Part shown: one piece after another, positions 31,988-43,403 of the stretch
How positions within the stretch are numbered: the first letter of the stretch is position 1
Layout: each line of letters starts with the position of its first letter
Source of the DNA: Candidatus Eiseniibacteriota bacterium
Lineage (GTDB): Bacteria; Eisenbacteria; RBG-16-71-46; CAIMUX01; VGJL01
Direction: 5' to 3'
NCBI GenBank assembly: GCA_963792585.1
Contig: CAWBWI010000003.1
Location: forward strand, 128,001-192,000
Length of the DNA stretch: 64,000 nt
Translations under genes and position numbers: made by a program
Notes under the pieces: generated by a model
The model's database searches: none
What the model saw: the letters and a program-made list of their open reading frames with translations, nothing else
Told to the model about the DNA's origin: nothing

Positions 31988-33781
31988 ATGCGTCGCAACT
32001 CGTTGAAGGGCCTTCCCTTGCTCATCTTGGCGATCCTCTTCCTCACCCCGGCGACTGCTCCGGCCGCGGACACGCACCCGTCGACCATCGACCGGTGGGA
32101 GTGGGACACCGATCACATCGCGAAGCAGCTTCCCCAGTGGGAGACGCCCGAAGAGCGGGAGTGGGCCAAGGACCAGCCGCCCCTGATTCTGCTCAACGAT
32201 CCGCCCCCCATCGCGCCCATCCGCAACGTGGGCGAATACGAACCGATGTCGAAGGCGCTCATACGCTATCCGCTCGGCATCCCGTATGCGCTGATCCGCG
32301 AGATGGCGGAGAACGTCCAGATCGCGTGCGTTGTCTCGTCGGGTCTCTACAACACCGCCCGATCGAACTTCCAGACAAACGGAGTCGATCCCGACGCGGT
32401 GGACTGGATCATCGCCCCAAGCGACTCCTACTGGACGCGCGACTACGGCCCCTGGTTCGTCTACGACGGCGGCGGAGACATCGCGATCATCGACCATTAC
32501 TACAACCGTCCGAGCCGACCGAACGACAACCTGATCCCGATCGTATGCGCCCAGCATTGGGGCATTCCCTCCTACACGCACGATCTGTGGACCACTGGCG
32601 GCAACTACATGACCGACGGGTATGGAATATCCTTCTCGACCGATCTGGTCTGGAACGAGAACACCAATCGGACCCATCAGCAGATCTTCCAGCTGATGCA
32701 CGATTACTACGGTCTCTCCACTTATAACGTGGTCCCGGACATTTCGACCTCCGGGATCCACCACATCGACTGCTGGGCGAAGCTCCTCGACGAAGAGACG
32801 ATCGTCATGAAGCAGGTCTCTTCGGGACATCCGGACTACCCCGAGCTGGAACAGAACGCCACACTGATCTCGTCGCTCACGGCCTCGACCGGGAGGAACT
32901 ACCATGTCGTCCGCGTCTTCTGTCCATCGATCGGAGGCACCGACGTCGCCAGCTATACGAATTCGCTCATCGTCAGCCGCAAGGTTCTCGTTCCGATCTT
33001 TAACAATTCCTATGACAATCAGGCTCTCGATGTCTATCGGGCCGCGATGCCTGGATACGAAGTCCTGGGCTTCACCGGCAGTTGGCTCACCGACGATGCG
33101 ATTCACTGCCGGGTCATGGGTATCCCGGACTTCTACATGCTTCGGGTCGAGCACACGCCGATCATTTCGTGGAACACCTACGCGCCGATACCCGTGTCGG
33201 CGCGGTTCGATGATCGTAGCGAGGCGGGTCTCAAGTCCGATTCGCTGCTCGTCTATTGGCGCGCCTATCCGACCGGAAATCCGGCGGGACCGTTCAGCCC
33301 CCGCGTGATGATCGCGACAGGCGGCCAGGATGAGTACGCCGTCGATCTCCCGGCTCAGGCAAGCGGAACCACCGTCGACTACTACATCCATGCGGTCGAT
33401 CAGACGAGCCGCCGGGCCGGGATGCCGCGCGCGGAGCCGAGCGGGTGGTACACGTTCAACGTGACGTTGCCCCCCGCCGATGTCGCCGATCTCGGCGGCG
33501 CGCAGAGCGCGCGTCTCGAGCAGAACCGACCCAACCCTTTCAACCCATCGACCGTCTTCTCGTTCGAACTGCAGTACGCGGACGACGTTCGCCTCACGAT
33601 CCACGATGCCGAGGGTTGTCTCGTGCGTACCCTCGTCGACGGCGGCGTTGCCGCCGGACGCCATGAGATCAATTGGGATGGTCGCAACGACGATGGCCGG
33701 GAACTCGCGGCCGGGACCTATTTCTATCGCCTCCAGGCGGCCCGGGTGACCTATACCCGAAAGGCCCTCCTATTGAAGTAA
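31988..33781 (+). CDS. Secreted agmatine/peptidyl-arginine deiminase family protein with CTD
   Basis: WTRDYGP, GGN, HHIDCW, DAIHCR; C-terminal QNRPNPFNP...WDG. Confidence 0.9.
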   Translation: MRRNSLKGLPLLILAILFLTPATAPAADTHPSTIDRWEWDTDHIAKQLPQWETPEEREWAKDQPPLILLNDPPPIAPIRNVGEYEPMSKALIRYPLGIPYALIREMAENVQIACVVSSGLYNTARSNFQTNGVDPDAVDWIIAPSDSYWTRDYGPWFVYDGGGDIAIIDHYYNRPSRPNDNLIPIVCAQHWGIPSYTHDLWTTGGNYMTDGYGISFSTDLVWNENTNRTHQQIFQLMHDYYGLSTYNVVPDISTSGIHHIDCWAKLLDEETIVMKQVSSGHPDYPELEQNATLISSLTASTGRNYHVVRVFCPSIGGTDVASYTNSLIVSRKVLVPIFNNSYDNQALDVYRAAMPGYEVLGFTGSWLTDDAIHCRVMGIPDFYMLRVEHTPIISWNTYAPIPVSARFDDRSEAGLKSDSLLVYWRAYPTGNPAGPFSPRVMIATGGQDEYAVDLPAQASGTTVDYYIHAVDQTSRRAGMPRAEPSGWYTFNVTLPPADVADLGGAQSARLEQNRPNPFNPSTVFSFELQYADDVRLTIHDAEGCLVRTLVDGGVAAGRHEINWDGRNDDGRELAAGTYFYRLQAARVTYTRKALLLK

Positions 33782-33809
33782 CGCCCCCCGCGGAGCGCTC
33801 TGTCTCGAA

Positions 33810-33836
33810 GAAGGCCGGGGTTGCCCCCCGGCCTTC
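33810..33836 (+). terminator. Hairpin after the deiminase gene
   Basis: GAAGGCCGGGG ... CCCCGGCCTTC. Confidence 0.55.
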
Positions 33837-33905
33837 GTATGCTATTCTCCTCGGTTCTCGCGACCAAGGGCCGCGCGCAACCAACCTCCATGAGGAGTCG
33901 ATCGC

Positions 33906-34307
33906 ATGAGTCCGAAGGAGAACAAGTCCGCCATACAGGGCATCTACGCGGCGTTCGGGCGCGGCGACATACCCGCCGTTCTCGACGCGCTCACCGACGA
34001 CATCGAGTGGACCTTCCACGGGCCACCCGAGATCCCGTACGCCGGCCGTCATCGCGGTCGCGACGCGATCGCCCGCTTCTTCACGATCGTGAGCGAGGTC
34101 GCGAGCATCCAGGAATTCGCGCCACAGAAGTTCCTCGCCGATGAGGAGACGGTGGCCGTCCTCGGGCGCGAGAGGGTCACGGCCCGCAGTACGGGTCGCG
34201 AGTTCGACGTCGAGTGGATCCACGTCTTCGTCTTCCGCGGTGACAGGGTGGCGGAGATCTTCGAGTTCACCGACACGGCGGCGCTCGCCGCGGCGTACGG
34301 CACATGA
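33906..34307 (+). CDS. SnoaL-like/NTF2-family protein
   Basis: YAAFGRGDI, DIEW, GRDAIARFF, EFTDTA. Confidence 0.9.
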   Translation: MSPKENKSAIQGIYAAFGRGDIPAVLDALTDDIEWTFHGPPEIPYAGRHRGRDAIARFFTIVSEVASIQEFAPQKFLADEETVAVLGRERVTARSTGREFDVEWIHVFVFRGDRVAEIFEFTDTAALAAAYGT

Positions 34308-34412
34308 CGTTTGTCCACCTCTGCCGGGGGCGCTGCGAATGATGGCACGATCGATCCGATCCTGTCGGCCGGGCTGGCGGCGCCAGGTCGATCGCAATAT
34401 GATCTCTCCGTC

Positions 34413-34942
34413 ATGCCCTCGAAGATCACGGTCAATCGCGCACCCGTTCTGACCCTCTGGGCCGCAGTGGTCGCGGAACGGCTTGGCTTCGATCGCGACG
34501 CGGCCTTGACGCTCGGGAAGGCGGTCGCCGGTTTGAACGCGCAGGCCAAGGGCCGGCATCTCGGTATCTTCAAACCCCGCGCGAGCACGCATGGCGGGCC
34601 TCCGAAAAGAGCGGCCTCGGCGAAGAGTTCTGGATCGATCTGTGCGGGCGGGCGATCCCCGCAAAGCAGACCGCGGGCGGCGTACGCGCGGTGGTGAAGG
34701 ACGACCCGATCGAACCCGCCGCCGTGCAGGCCTACCTCGAGCGCGCCTTCGGCGGCGAACTCGCCGCGGTCCGTGCGGCCATGGAGCGCCTGGCCCGATC
34801 TCTCCAGCCGGACATCCTCACCCGCGATGCCTTTTCTCTGTATGAGAGTTTCCGACCGGCGGTCGCGCGCGGCCAAGCGGGATGGGGTCAGAAGGGAACC
34901 CTCGACATCGAGAAGATCCTCGGCCTTCGTCCGGGGCGTTGA
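34413..34942 (+). CDS. Conserved hypothetical protein (frameshift near 34606)
   Basis: NRAPVLTLWAAVVAERLG continues after a -1 in an A run into YLERAFG...YESFRP..GWGQKG. Confidence 0.7.
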
Positions 34943-35033
34943 GCCCCGCCGGGTGACGGGAGCGGCTCGCCATCGCATGGCGTGTGCAGGCGGGCGTGCG
35001 GTCGGCTGGGATTCCCCGCGGAAGGCACTTCGC

Positions 35034-36203
35034 CTATTCCGTCTTGAGAGATCGCGCCCCCGCGCTGAGGAAGACCGCGGCGTACCCCAGCAACACGAGA
35101 CACGGGACGACGATCACCCCCGGTCCCTTCCCGAAGGAGAGCATCCCGTGGAGCGCGTCCATCGCCCATGCGGCCGGTGAGATGTGGCCGAAGATCTGCA
35201 TCCAGCGCGGCACGATCTCGAGCGGCCACCAGCACCCGCCGATCGCTGCCAGAAAGAGCGGCACGATCCAGGCGATCGCGCCCGCCTGCTCGGGCGTGCG
35301 CACCAATCCCCCCAGGAAGATCCCGATCGAGGCGGCCACGAGCGCGAGACAGAGTAGCAGCGCCACGAGCGCGAGCGGGCTCGGGCCCCACCAGACCTTG
35401 TAGAGCAGCGCCCCCGCGGTGATCAGGATGACGCTCTGCACGAATCCGAGCAGAACGCGTCCGAGGACCTTCCCGGAAAGGATATCTCCGCGACTGACCG
35501 GCATCGCGCTCAATCGAGCAAGGCATCGGTTCTGCTTCTCGAGCGCGAGAAAGGTCGCGCCGTAGATCACGGTGTTCGTCATCAGGAAGAGGACCAGCAT
35601 CGCCGGCGCGCTCGCGCCGAATCCCGACGGGGTCGTGTGCCCTTTGCCCGCCGTGCGGACCTCGGTTCGGACGAGATCGGGGCGCGCGAGCAGTGCCCGA
35701 TACTGCGTCTCGAACGCCGCCCCCGTGATCTCCCCTTTTCCGGAAGTGTCGGATTCGGCAAGGGCGGCGAGAGTCCGCAGGACCACCTTGTATACCGATA
35801 TGCGCGCGGAGAGATCCCGGTCCGCGTCGCGACTCCGGGTGACGTCCATGGTGAGCGTCGTTCTCAATCCGGCTTCCAGGGAATCGGAGAATCCCTTCGG
35901 GATCGTGAGTGCGCGAGCGTAGGTCCCAGCGGAGTCGCGCATCTCCGGGAGGAAGACGCCGACCTTGAGCTTCTCCCTGCCCAGCTGTTCCACGAAGCTC
36001 CGCGAGAGGAAGCTCGCGTCCTCGTCGATCACGGCGAGACCGACGGGCGGGGACGATTTTCCGGAGTCCCGGAACATCCCGCCGAAGAGCCCGATGAAGG
36101 CGATGGGCATGATCAGCATCCAGAAGAGGGCGCTCCGCTCCTTCATCGTGAGCCGGAGGTCGTTGAGGGCGATCGCGAGGATCGCGGAGAGCCGGCGCAT
36201 CAC
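35034..36203 (-). CDS. ABC-2 type transporter permease
   Basis: AVIDED, GGCWWPLEIVP, multiple TMs. Confidence 0.9.
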   Translation of the reverse strand: MMRRLSAILAIALNDLRLTMKERSALFWMLIMPIAFIGLFGGMFRDSGKSSPPVGLAVIDEDASFLSRSFVEQLGREKLKVGVFLPEMRDSAGTYARALTIPKGFSDSLEAGLRTTLTMDVTRSRDADRDLSARISVYKVVLRTLAALAESDTSGKGEITGAAFETQYRALLARPDLVRTEVRTAGKGHTTPSGFGASAPAMLVLFLMTNTVIYGATFLALEKQNRCLARLSAMPVSRGDILSGKVLGRVLLGFVQSVILITAGALLYKVWWGPSPLALVALLLCLALVAASIGIFLGGLVRTPEQAGAIAWIVPLFLAAIGGCWWPLEIVPRWMQIFGHISPAAWAMDALHGMLSFGKGPGVIVVPCLVLLGYAAVFLSAGARSLKTE

Positions 36204-37452
36204 GCACCCGTCCTGTAGCGCCGTCCGAAGAAGTACATCGCCGCGCCCGAGAAGATCGCGCCGCAGGCGATGAGGATCGCGAGGTTCGGAAGGATGCTCG
36301 CGAAGCTGCCGGAGCCGAAGAGGATCTCGCGGTAGCCGACGTTCCCCCAGTAGGTGAGGGTGTAGGGAGCCATCTTCTGAACGACTGCGGGGAGGGATTC
36401 GAGCGGGATCCAGGATCCCCGAGCATCGACATCACCATGACCAGGATCGATCCGAGGGTCGAGCCGCTCCGCTCGGAGCGCGAGATCGACTGGATCAGCG
36501 CCGCGAATCCCGTCGCGGCCAGGCCGAAGGCGAGGGAGAGGCTGAAGAAGCCGACCGGGTGCAAACTCGATCCGGACCAGATGGCCGCCACGAGGGCCAG
36601 GATCACGATGCAGGCGATCGAGGTGATCCAGGTGGCCGCGATCTTACCGGCGATCACGCCCCCCGCCGGGACGGGCGCCACGAACTGCCGCGGCAGAGTC
36701 CCGTGCGCCGCCTCGCGCGGGAGGTCGGCCATGCTTCCGATCGCGAGCATCATGAGGGAGAAGATCGCCATGCCCGGCAAGACGAAGAGCGCGATCCGAA
36801 AAGGCGCGTCTCCATCCGACTTCTTCTCGTCGTTCGGGGTCGTGGCGTTCTCGAGCCTGATCGCGGGGGGCATGGCGTAGCGGCCCACGCCTTGCATCCG
36901 CCGGCTGATCGCGACCGATACGTTGGAGACGAACGTCTCGCTCGGCGGCGTGTCCTTCCGCGTGGACTCTCGAATCTCGGCAAGGGGACCACCCAGGACA
37001 CGAACGGCCGCTCCCGACCCGAGCGCGAGGACGCGCACGAACTCCTCGACGATCTGCGGGTAGATACCCTGCGCCGGATTCCGCACCACTTCCAGGTACG
37101 TCGCGCGGCTCTCGAAGAGGCTGTCACTGAAACCCGGGGGAAAACGCAGGATTGCGGATATCTTGTTGTTCTCAATCATCCGCGTCGCGTTCGCCATGTT
37201 CGCTTCGACGATGTCGAACCGGGTGGTCATTCGCTCTTGCGCGAAAGAGGACTTCAACAGGCGTGATGCAAGTCCGCCGTCTTCGTCGACGAGCGCCACC
37301 CTGATCGGCGCGGTCTTCTCTCCGGAACTACCGAATGTGAAACCGATCAACAGCGCGAAGAGAACGGGGAAGATCAGGTAGATCACCGGTCCCAGGGGAG
37401 AGCGGAGCTTTCGCAGCAGGTCCTTCCGGACGACGGCCAGGAATGTGCGCAT
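36200..37452 (-). CDS. ABC-2 type transporter permease (frameshift near 36418)
   Basis: ALVDED; SMLG/GSWIPLESLP...YRTGA-stop overlapping the next start. Confidence 0.85.
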
Positions 37453-37462
37453 GTCGTCCGCG

Positions 37463-38401
37463 TCAATCTCGCAGATCGCGCCCGGTCAATTTGATGAAGA
37501 CGTTCTGAAGGCTCGGCTCTTGCATCGTGATGTCCGCGACGTCGACGCCGGAACGCAGGATGGTCGTCAACATATCCGAAGCGGCGCGACGTTCCCCGGT
37601 GACCGAGACCATCGCCGCGTTGTCCTCCAATGAGAGGATCTTCACATCGGCCGACGCGCCGATTGCCGAGCGAAACGCGTTGGCCGTGAATTCCCCCCTG
37701 AGGGTCACGATCGTCCCCTCGCCGACGAGCCGGCGAAGCTCGGGTATCGTCCCTTCCGCCAGAATGCGGCCCTTGTCCACGATTCCGACGCGGTCACAGA
37801 GCAGCTCCGCCTCCTCGAGATAGTGCGTGGTGTAGAGGATGGCGGTCCCCTCCTTCTGAAGAACGCGCACGACGTCGAGGATGTTGATCCGGGCTTGGGG
37901 ATCGATCCCGACCGTCGGCTCGTCGAGGAGAAGCGCCTTCGGCCCGTGGACCAGGCCGATCGCGAGGTTGAGCCGGCGCTTCATCCCGCCGGAGAACTTG
38001 CGGCTGGCCGTCTTCGCGCCCGGGTCGAGACCAACCCGCTCGAGCGATTGGGCCACCCTGCGCTTGGCCTCTCCACCCCTAATCCCGTGCAAGGACGCGA
38101 AGTAGGAGACATTTTCGGCGGCGCTCAGGGTGTCGTAGATCGCCGTCTCCTGCGGAACGACCCCGAGGTGACGCCGGGCAGCGATGGGGTCGGCGGCGAG
38201 GTCGATCTCGGCGACCGTGACGCGACCGCCGTCCGGCTTCAAGAGCCCGGAAATGCAGGAGATCGTGGTTGTCTTCCCCGCGCCATTGGGTCCGAGGAGG
38301 CCGTAGATCTCCCCGGGCGCAACCCGGAAGGAGATCCCGTCGACCGCCCGGGTCGAACCGTAGTGTTTCTGGAGATTCTCGACTTGGATCATTGCCCCCA
38401 C
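37463..38401 (-). CDS. ABC transporter ATP-binding protein
   Basis: GPNGAGKTT, FSGGMKRR, LLLDEPT, TTHY. Confidence 0.95.
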   Translation of the reverse strand: MGAMIQVENLQKHYGSTRAVDGISFRVAPGEIYGLLGPNGAGKTTTISCISGLLKPDGGRVTVAEIDLAADPIAARRHLGVVPQETAIYDTLSAAENVSYFASLHGIRGGEAKRRVAQSLERVGLDPGAKTASRKFSGGMKRRLNLAIGLVHGPKALLLDEPTVGIDPQARINILDVVRVLQKEGTAILYTTHYLEEAELLCDRVGIVDKGRILAEGTIPELRRLVGEGTIVTLRGEFTANAFRSAIGASADVKILSLEDNAAMVSVTGERRAASDMLTTILRSGVDVADITMQEPSLQNVFIKLTGRDLRD

Positions 38402-38526
38402 CTTTTCGACGGCGGAGCCTACCAGACTCCGAGCCCCGAGTCCTTCGTTTTCTGGATGCTACGTATTTGATGCTATAATCGTTCCACGCGAACGGGCCTC
38501 TTGAGACCTGGCGAAGAGGGGTGTGA

Positions 38527-40092
38527 ATGCTCTGGAAGCGGGCGGGCCGTTTCGGCCCGAGGATCCTCGTCCCTGTGACCCTCCTGGTCCTGCTCTGCGG
38601 AGCCGAGGCCCGCTCCCAGGTGCGTCTTGTCGAAGCCGACACCTGCGGCGCCCCCATCCCCGCGTTGGCCCAGCTCCTCAACGAGCGGGACATCCCCATC
38701 GATCTGATCCGTGCCTATGCCGAGCCTTTCATGTCCAGCCAGGATCCGGACGGCGGCTATCAGCTCACGCCGAACGTCCAAACTCACATGAAGGCCGTCA
38801 TGGCGATGGCTCTGGCCTCACAGGTGACAGGGGACATCCGGTATGCCGAGTCGGCCCGCCGCGACCTGCTCTGGGTCGTTCGGAACCGGATGGAATCCAA
38901 CGGCGGCATCAACTGGAATGGCCCTCAGAACCAGTATTTCTTCGAAGTCCACCAGCACTGGTTCCTCATCGCGAGCGAGATGGTGCGCGAGACCCTCGGC
39001 GAGCCCGATTCCCTGCGAACCCTCCAGCGCCGCGCGTGGCTATATCTTCTCCAGAACAATCCGGCCTCCGCGGACTTCTACTATCACAATCTCACGAATC
39101 ATGGGGTCTTCTTCGCCTATCGGAGTCTCGACCGGGACGGCCGATTTCAGACACAAGCCCCCTTCAAGGGCTCCTACGAAGTCGGAGCGGCGCTCTGGGC
39201 TCTGGCGCTCCACAGCGGACACTCCTGGCTCGACGTAGGACCCGGGAGCGCGCCCGGTCATACCGTCGCGGAGTACCTTGGCCGCCTTGTCACCCAGGCG
39301 CAGCTGTCTCCGTATCAAAAAGGCTTCTTCGACCAGGAGAAAGGAAGCTGGATCCGGTCACTTCGTTGGAACGGAATCGACTGGTCCGGTTGGGAAACAC
39401 ACGATACAAAGTATGCGCTGCACACCTCGGAGGGGGCACTCCTGTACACGATCCTGACCGGTCGAAGGGAACTCGTGGACAAGGAGCGCAGGGACGTGGA
39501 AGCGCTCCTGGCGCGGATCTATCCGACGGGCATGGTCCGCGGGATCCCCGACGGGTACGGCTCTGCGGCATATGAGTACGGAGAAGTTCTGTCGGTCCTC
39601 GGGCTCGGGGCGCAGGTCCCGTGGGGTCCCACGCATGGAATCGGCAACCGCTGCCTGGATGCAGGACGGTCGGTTTTCGCATACGCGGTCAACAGTTTCG
39701 GCCCGATGGTCTCCGAGGACGCTGCAGTCCTCCTCCTCGGGATGTGCCGCGTCTTCCAGGCCGATCAACTCGCGCGGACGATCGTGAAACTCGACGATGC
39801 ATCTTCCGATGTCGTATCGACACGGGCGACACTCTCCGTGTGGCCCAATCCGATGTCGGGCCGGACCACGATCACTTACTCGCTGCGGCCGGAAGCGACC
39901 GGTTCCCTGCGGATCATCGACGCGGGCGGCCGCGAAGTGACATCGATCGCGATCTCCGCCACGGATGCGGCGGGTCGATTCCTGTGGGACGGCCGCGACG
40001 CGCGCGGTCGAAGCCTGCCGTCGGGCCAATACCGGGCCCTGCTCGATGACGGACGCACGCGCTGGAGCGCGGGCATCTCGATCGTCCGTTAG
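38527..40092 (+). CDS. Secreted alpha-helical (toroid-like) protein with CTD
   Basis: Signal peptide; helical core; WPNP...WDGRD...GQY CTD. Confidence 0.75.
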   Translation: MLWKRAGRFGPRILVPVTLLVLLCGAEARSQVRLVEADTCGAPIPALAQLLNERDIPIDLIRAYAEPFMSSQDPDGGYQLTPNVQTHMKAVMAMALASQVTGDIRYAESARRDLLWVVRNRMESNGGINWNGPQNQYFFEVHQHWFLIASEMVRETLGEPDSLRTLQRRAWLYLLQNNPASADFYYHNLTNHGVFFAYRSLDRDGRFQTQAPFKGSYEVGAALWALALHSGHSWLDVGPGSAPGHTVAEYLGRLVTQAQLSPYQKGFFDQEKGSWIRSLRWNGIDWSGWETHDTKYALHTSEGALLYTILTGRRELVDKERRDVEALLARIYPTGMVRGIPDGYGSAAYEYGEVLSVLGLGAQVPWGPTHGIGNRCLDAGRSVFAYAVNSFGPMVSEDAAVLLLGMCRVFQADQLARTIVKLDDASSDVVSTRATLSVWPNPMSGRTTITYSLRPEATGSLRIIDAGGREVTSIAISATDAAGRFLWDGRDARGRSLPSGQYRALLDDGRTRWSAGISIVR

Positions 40093-40099
40093 GAGCGGT

Positions 40100-42280
40100 C
40101 TACTTCGCGAAGTCCCACCGCGCGCCCATCCGCTCGACCTGGTCCAGCACACCGGTCATCTGCCCATCCGACGGCGCGGCCCGCGCGCAAACTCGGGCGG
40201 CGGCGCGGGCAGCGTCCCATTCCGTCCACGCCGAAGCCCGATCGCCAACCCGCAATCGGTCCTGCGCTCGATAGAGACGGAGCACCGCAAGATTGTGGTA
40301 GATCAGCGTCTCGCGGGGAGAGACGCGGAGCGCCCTCTCCAGCTCGGCGAGGGCCTCGTCCCACCGGTGGGATGCGAGGTGAAGGCCGCTCAAGACCAGG
40401 CGGATCTCGACGTCGGTCGAGTCCCGCCGCCCTGCTTGCTCGTAGGCCGCGATTGCGGCTGTCGTGTCTCCGAGACCGGCGCGGACTTCGCCGAGCGTCT
40501 TCCACAGGTGGGATGTCCCCGCGCCAGCGGCGACCTGTTTCTCGAGGAGCTCCCTTGCGCGGAGGAGATCCTTCGCCGCGATCGCTTGCTGTACCGGGGC
40601 CTCCCAGCCGCTTTCGCCGCGGAGACGAAGGATCGCGTAGCGATCGCGCGACCAGACGACATCGGAGGATTCTCGAATCGCCGCCAGCCCCCGGACGATC
40701 GCCGCGCGGGCGTTCGCGCCGGAGACGAGCCGTTCGCGACCGGTCGCGACGAGATAACGAACCCCTCGCGCCACATGCTCGTCGGGCGGCGTCAGGCCCA
40801 GGAAATCAACGACCTGGATGCTGTAGCGAGTCGGGTCCGGGAACGGGCCTCCCTTCTCCGTCACAATCCGCTCGCCTTTGGGAACATTCGCATCGAGCCA
40901 CCGTGTCATCTCGATGCGCGGGTCGGGACGCGCGCGGCGCGCCTCCCGCGTCGTCAGACGCACCGTCCCCGGCGCGAGGACGAGGCCGGCGGCAAGGATG
41001 GCGGCGGCCCGGTGAGCCCTCGCGGGGATGCGCGGCAAGCGCGCGACCCAGCGAACCGACTCCTCCACGCCGAGCGCGGCCAGCGCGAGAACCGCCGGCC
41101 ATGCGGGGAGGAGGTAGCGTGGATACAGCGTCTTCCACCTCAGGAGAGGCAATAGAAACACCAGGGCCCATACGGCGATCCACACGCGGCCGCGATGCAC
41201 TGAACGAAGACTGACGATCGCGCCGATCAGCGCGGCGAGAATGCCGACGATCCCGAGATCATGCCAGAAGACGGAAGCGACCTTGCCGAGGGAGGACGCC
41301 TCCGGCAGATCCCCTTGCTCGATCGCGGGCGTGACGGAGGCGATGTGGCGGAACTCGTATCCCAGGTCGCGGACAAACCTGGATGTATCGAGGAGCGCAA
41401 ACGGCGTCGTGACAAGAAACGCGGCGACGGCCGCGGCGGTCGCGAGGCCAAGTCGGCCCAACCCAAGTCGCCCCGTGCTCCGCCAATCGCGGAGGGCGAT
41501 CAGAGGAAGGAGCAGGGCAATGGAGCCCGCGCTGTACTTGACGCCCGCGGCCAAGCCCGCGAGCGCGCCCGCTACGATCCATCTCCGTGCGGAGGAAGCC
41601 TGCGCTCCCGCGGCAACCTCCGTCTTACCGCTCGCCTGCGTCGGGTTACTCTGCCGCCCTTGCGCCAGCGACACGCAGACGAGCAGCGCAGCGGTGGCGA
41701 CCGCGGCCGCGGTCATGTCGGTCGTGATCAGGTGCGAGTTCTCGACCGCGAGCGGCGAGAGGGCCATGAAGAGAGCCGCCGTCCGCGCGGTAATCTTCGA
41801 AGCGCCCACGCGCGCGACGAGGAGGTAGACGAGTCCTACCGTCACCGTTCCCGCGAACGCGCTCACTCCGCGGCCGATCAGGTAGAGCGCGGGAACGCCG
41901 ATCGTCGGGTAGAAATAGAGGACGCCCCCCCCTGCGGGCTGCGGATAGGTTCCCGAAGCGAGCCAGGAGATGGCCGCCGCCCATCCAGCGAAATGCCCAA
42001 TGACAACGCCGCCGGCGCAGACGATTCCATACAGGAGGGCGAGGAGCATGATCAGCCCACTGGGATAGTGAAAGAAGCGCGGATTCATCGTCCCGTGCTG
42101 AAGCATCCAGACCGCGTTGTCGACGAGGGTCGGTTCGTCGTAGTGGAGGACGTAAGGCAGATCGCCCCGGATGTGCCAGAAGCGCACGAATGCCCCGACC
42201 GCCAGGATCAGCCAGAGGAACCGATCGCGGCTCATCCGCATTCCGGCAGGGACCATTCGGAGACTGGGGTCAGGTACCAC
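40100..42280 (-). CDS. GT-C (PMT/ArnT-like) glycosyltransferase with C-terminal TPR
   Basis: HYDEP, FFHYPSG, many TMs, RYLLP, TPR-like helices. Confidence 0.82.
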   Translation of the reverse strand: MVPDPSLRMVPAGMRMSRDRFLWLILAVGAFVRFWHIRGDLPYVLHYDEPTLVDNAVWMLQHGTMNPRFFHYPSGLIMLLALLYGIVCAGGVVIGHFAGWAAAISWLASGTYPQPAGGGVLYFYPTIGVPALYLIGRGVSAFAGTVTVGLVYLLVARVGASKITARTAALFMALSPLAVENSHLITTDMTAAAVATAALLVCVSLAQGRQSNPTQASGKTEVAAGAQASSARRWIVAGALAGLAAGVKYSAGSIALLLPLIALRDWRSTGRLGLGRLGLATAAAVAAFLVTTPFALLDTSRFVRDLGYEFRHIASVTPAIEQGDLPEASSLGKVASVFWHDLGIVGILAALIGAIVSLRSVHRGRVWIAVWALVFLLPLLRWKTLYPRYLLPAWPAVLALAALGVEESVRWVARLPRIPARAHRAAAILAAGLVLAPGTVRLTTREARRARPDPRIEMTRWLDANVPKGERIVTEKGGPFPDPTRYSIQVVDFLGLTPPDEHVARGVRYLVATGRERLVSGANARAAIVRGLAAIRESSDVVWSRDRYAILRLRGESGWEAPVQQAIAAKDLLRARELLEKQVAAGAGTSHLWKTLGEVRAGLGDTTAAIAAYEQAGRRDSTDVEIRLVLSGLHLASHRWDEALAELERALRVSPRETLIYHNLAVLRLYRAQDRLRVGDRASAWTEWDAARAAARVCARAAPSDGQMTGVLDQVERMGARWDFAK

Positions 42281-42406
42281 GGTTCATGGACTCCGGTCGC
42301 AGTATAGCATCGCGCGTCTCGGACGCGGCCCCGCGCCGTCCACCCACGGGTCGCCACGTGGTACGCTTTCGGAGAAGCCCCCGGGGGCAGCGAAGAAAGG
42401 AGTCCC

Positions 42407-43351
42407 ATGAGCGCCGAGATCGACGTCCGCCTGGATCTCTTCGCCGAGATCGACCGCCTCCGCAGGGAGAAGCGGGCCGTGATCCTCGCCCACTATTATC
42501 AGGACGGCGAGATCCAGGACATCGCTGACCATGTCGGCGACAGCCTCGCCCTCGCTCAGGCCGCCGCGAACACCGACGCAGACGTGATCGTCTTCGCCGG
42601 CGTGATGTTCATGGCCGAGACGGCCAAGATCCTGAACCCCAGCCGGCTCGTTGTCGTCCCCGACACGGCCGCGGGCTGTTCCCTCGCCGACGGATGTCCC
42701 GCGAACCTCTTCCGGGCCTTTCTCGACCGCTACCCGGACCACACGGTCATCAGCTACATCAACTGCACCGCGGAGGTGAAGGCGATGTCCGACCTGATCT
42801 GCACCTCGTCGAATGCGGAGAAGATCGTCCGGTCGGTGCCCGAGGGACGCGGGATCGTCTTTGCCCCCGATCAGCATCTCGGTCGCTACATCATCCGAAG
42901 GACGGGGCGCCCCATGGTCCTGTGGCCCGGCTCGTGCGAAGTCCACGAGATCTTCTCGGAGAAGAAGATCGTTCAGCTGAAACTTCGCCATCCCGGAGCG
43001 AAGATCGTCGCGCACCCGGAGTGCGAGGAATCGGTTCTCCAGCATGCCGACCACATCGGGTCGACATCGTCGATCCTGAAGTTCGTCCTCGAGGATCCGG
43101 GCAAGACCTTCATCATCGCGACCGAGCCCGGGATCATCCATCAGATGATCAAGCATTCCCCGGAGAAGGAGTTCATTCCCGCCCCGCCCGATTCGAACTG
43201 CGCCTGCAACGAGTGTCCATACATGAAGAAGAACACGATCGAGAAGCTCTACCTATGCCTGCGGGATGGCAAACCGGCCGTCACCGTTGACGAGGAGATC
43301 CGTAAGCGCGCGCTCGTCCCGATCCAGAGGATGCTCGAACTTTCGAAGTAG
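42407..43351 (+). CDS. nadA: Quinolinate synthase
   Basis: LAHYYQ, GDSL, GCSLA, CEVH, HPEC, CPYMK. Confidence 0.97.
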   Translation: MSAEIDVRLDLFAEIDRLRREKRAVILAHYYQDGEIQDIADHVGDSLALAQAAANTDADVIVFAGVMFMAETAKILNPSRLVVVPDTAAGCSLADGCPANLFRAFLDRYPDHTVISYINCTAEVKAMSDLICTSSNAEKIVRSVPEGRGIVFAPDQHLGRYIIRRTGRPMVLWPGSCEVHEIFSEKKIVQLKLRHPGAKIVAHPECEESVLQHADHIGSTSSILKFVLEDPGKTFIIATEPGIIHQMIKHSPEKEFIPAPPDSNCACNECPYMKKNTIEKLYLCLRDGKPAVTVDEEIRKRALVPIQRMLELSK

Positions 43352-43403
43352 ACTGTCCTGCTTCGATTCGACGTTCTCGGGAACATGCGCCATCCGCGCC
43401 GGC

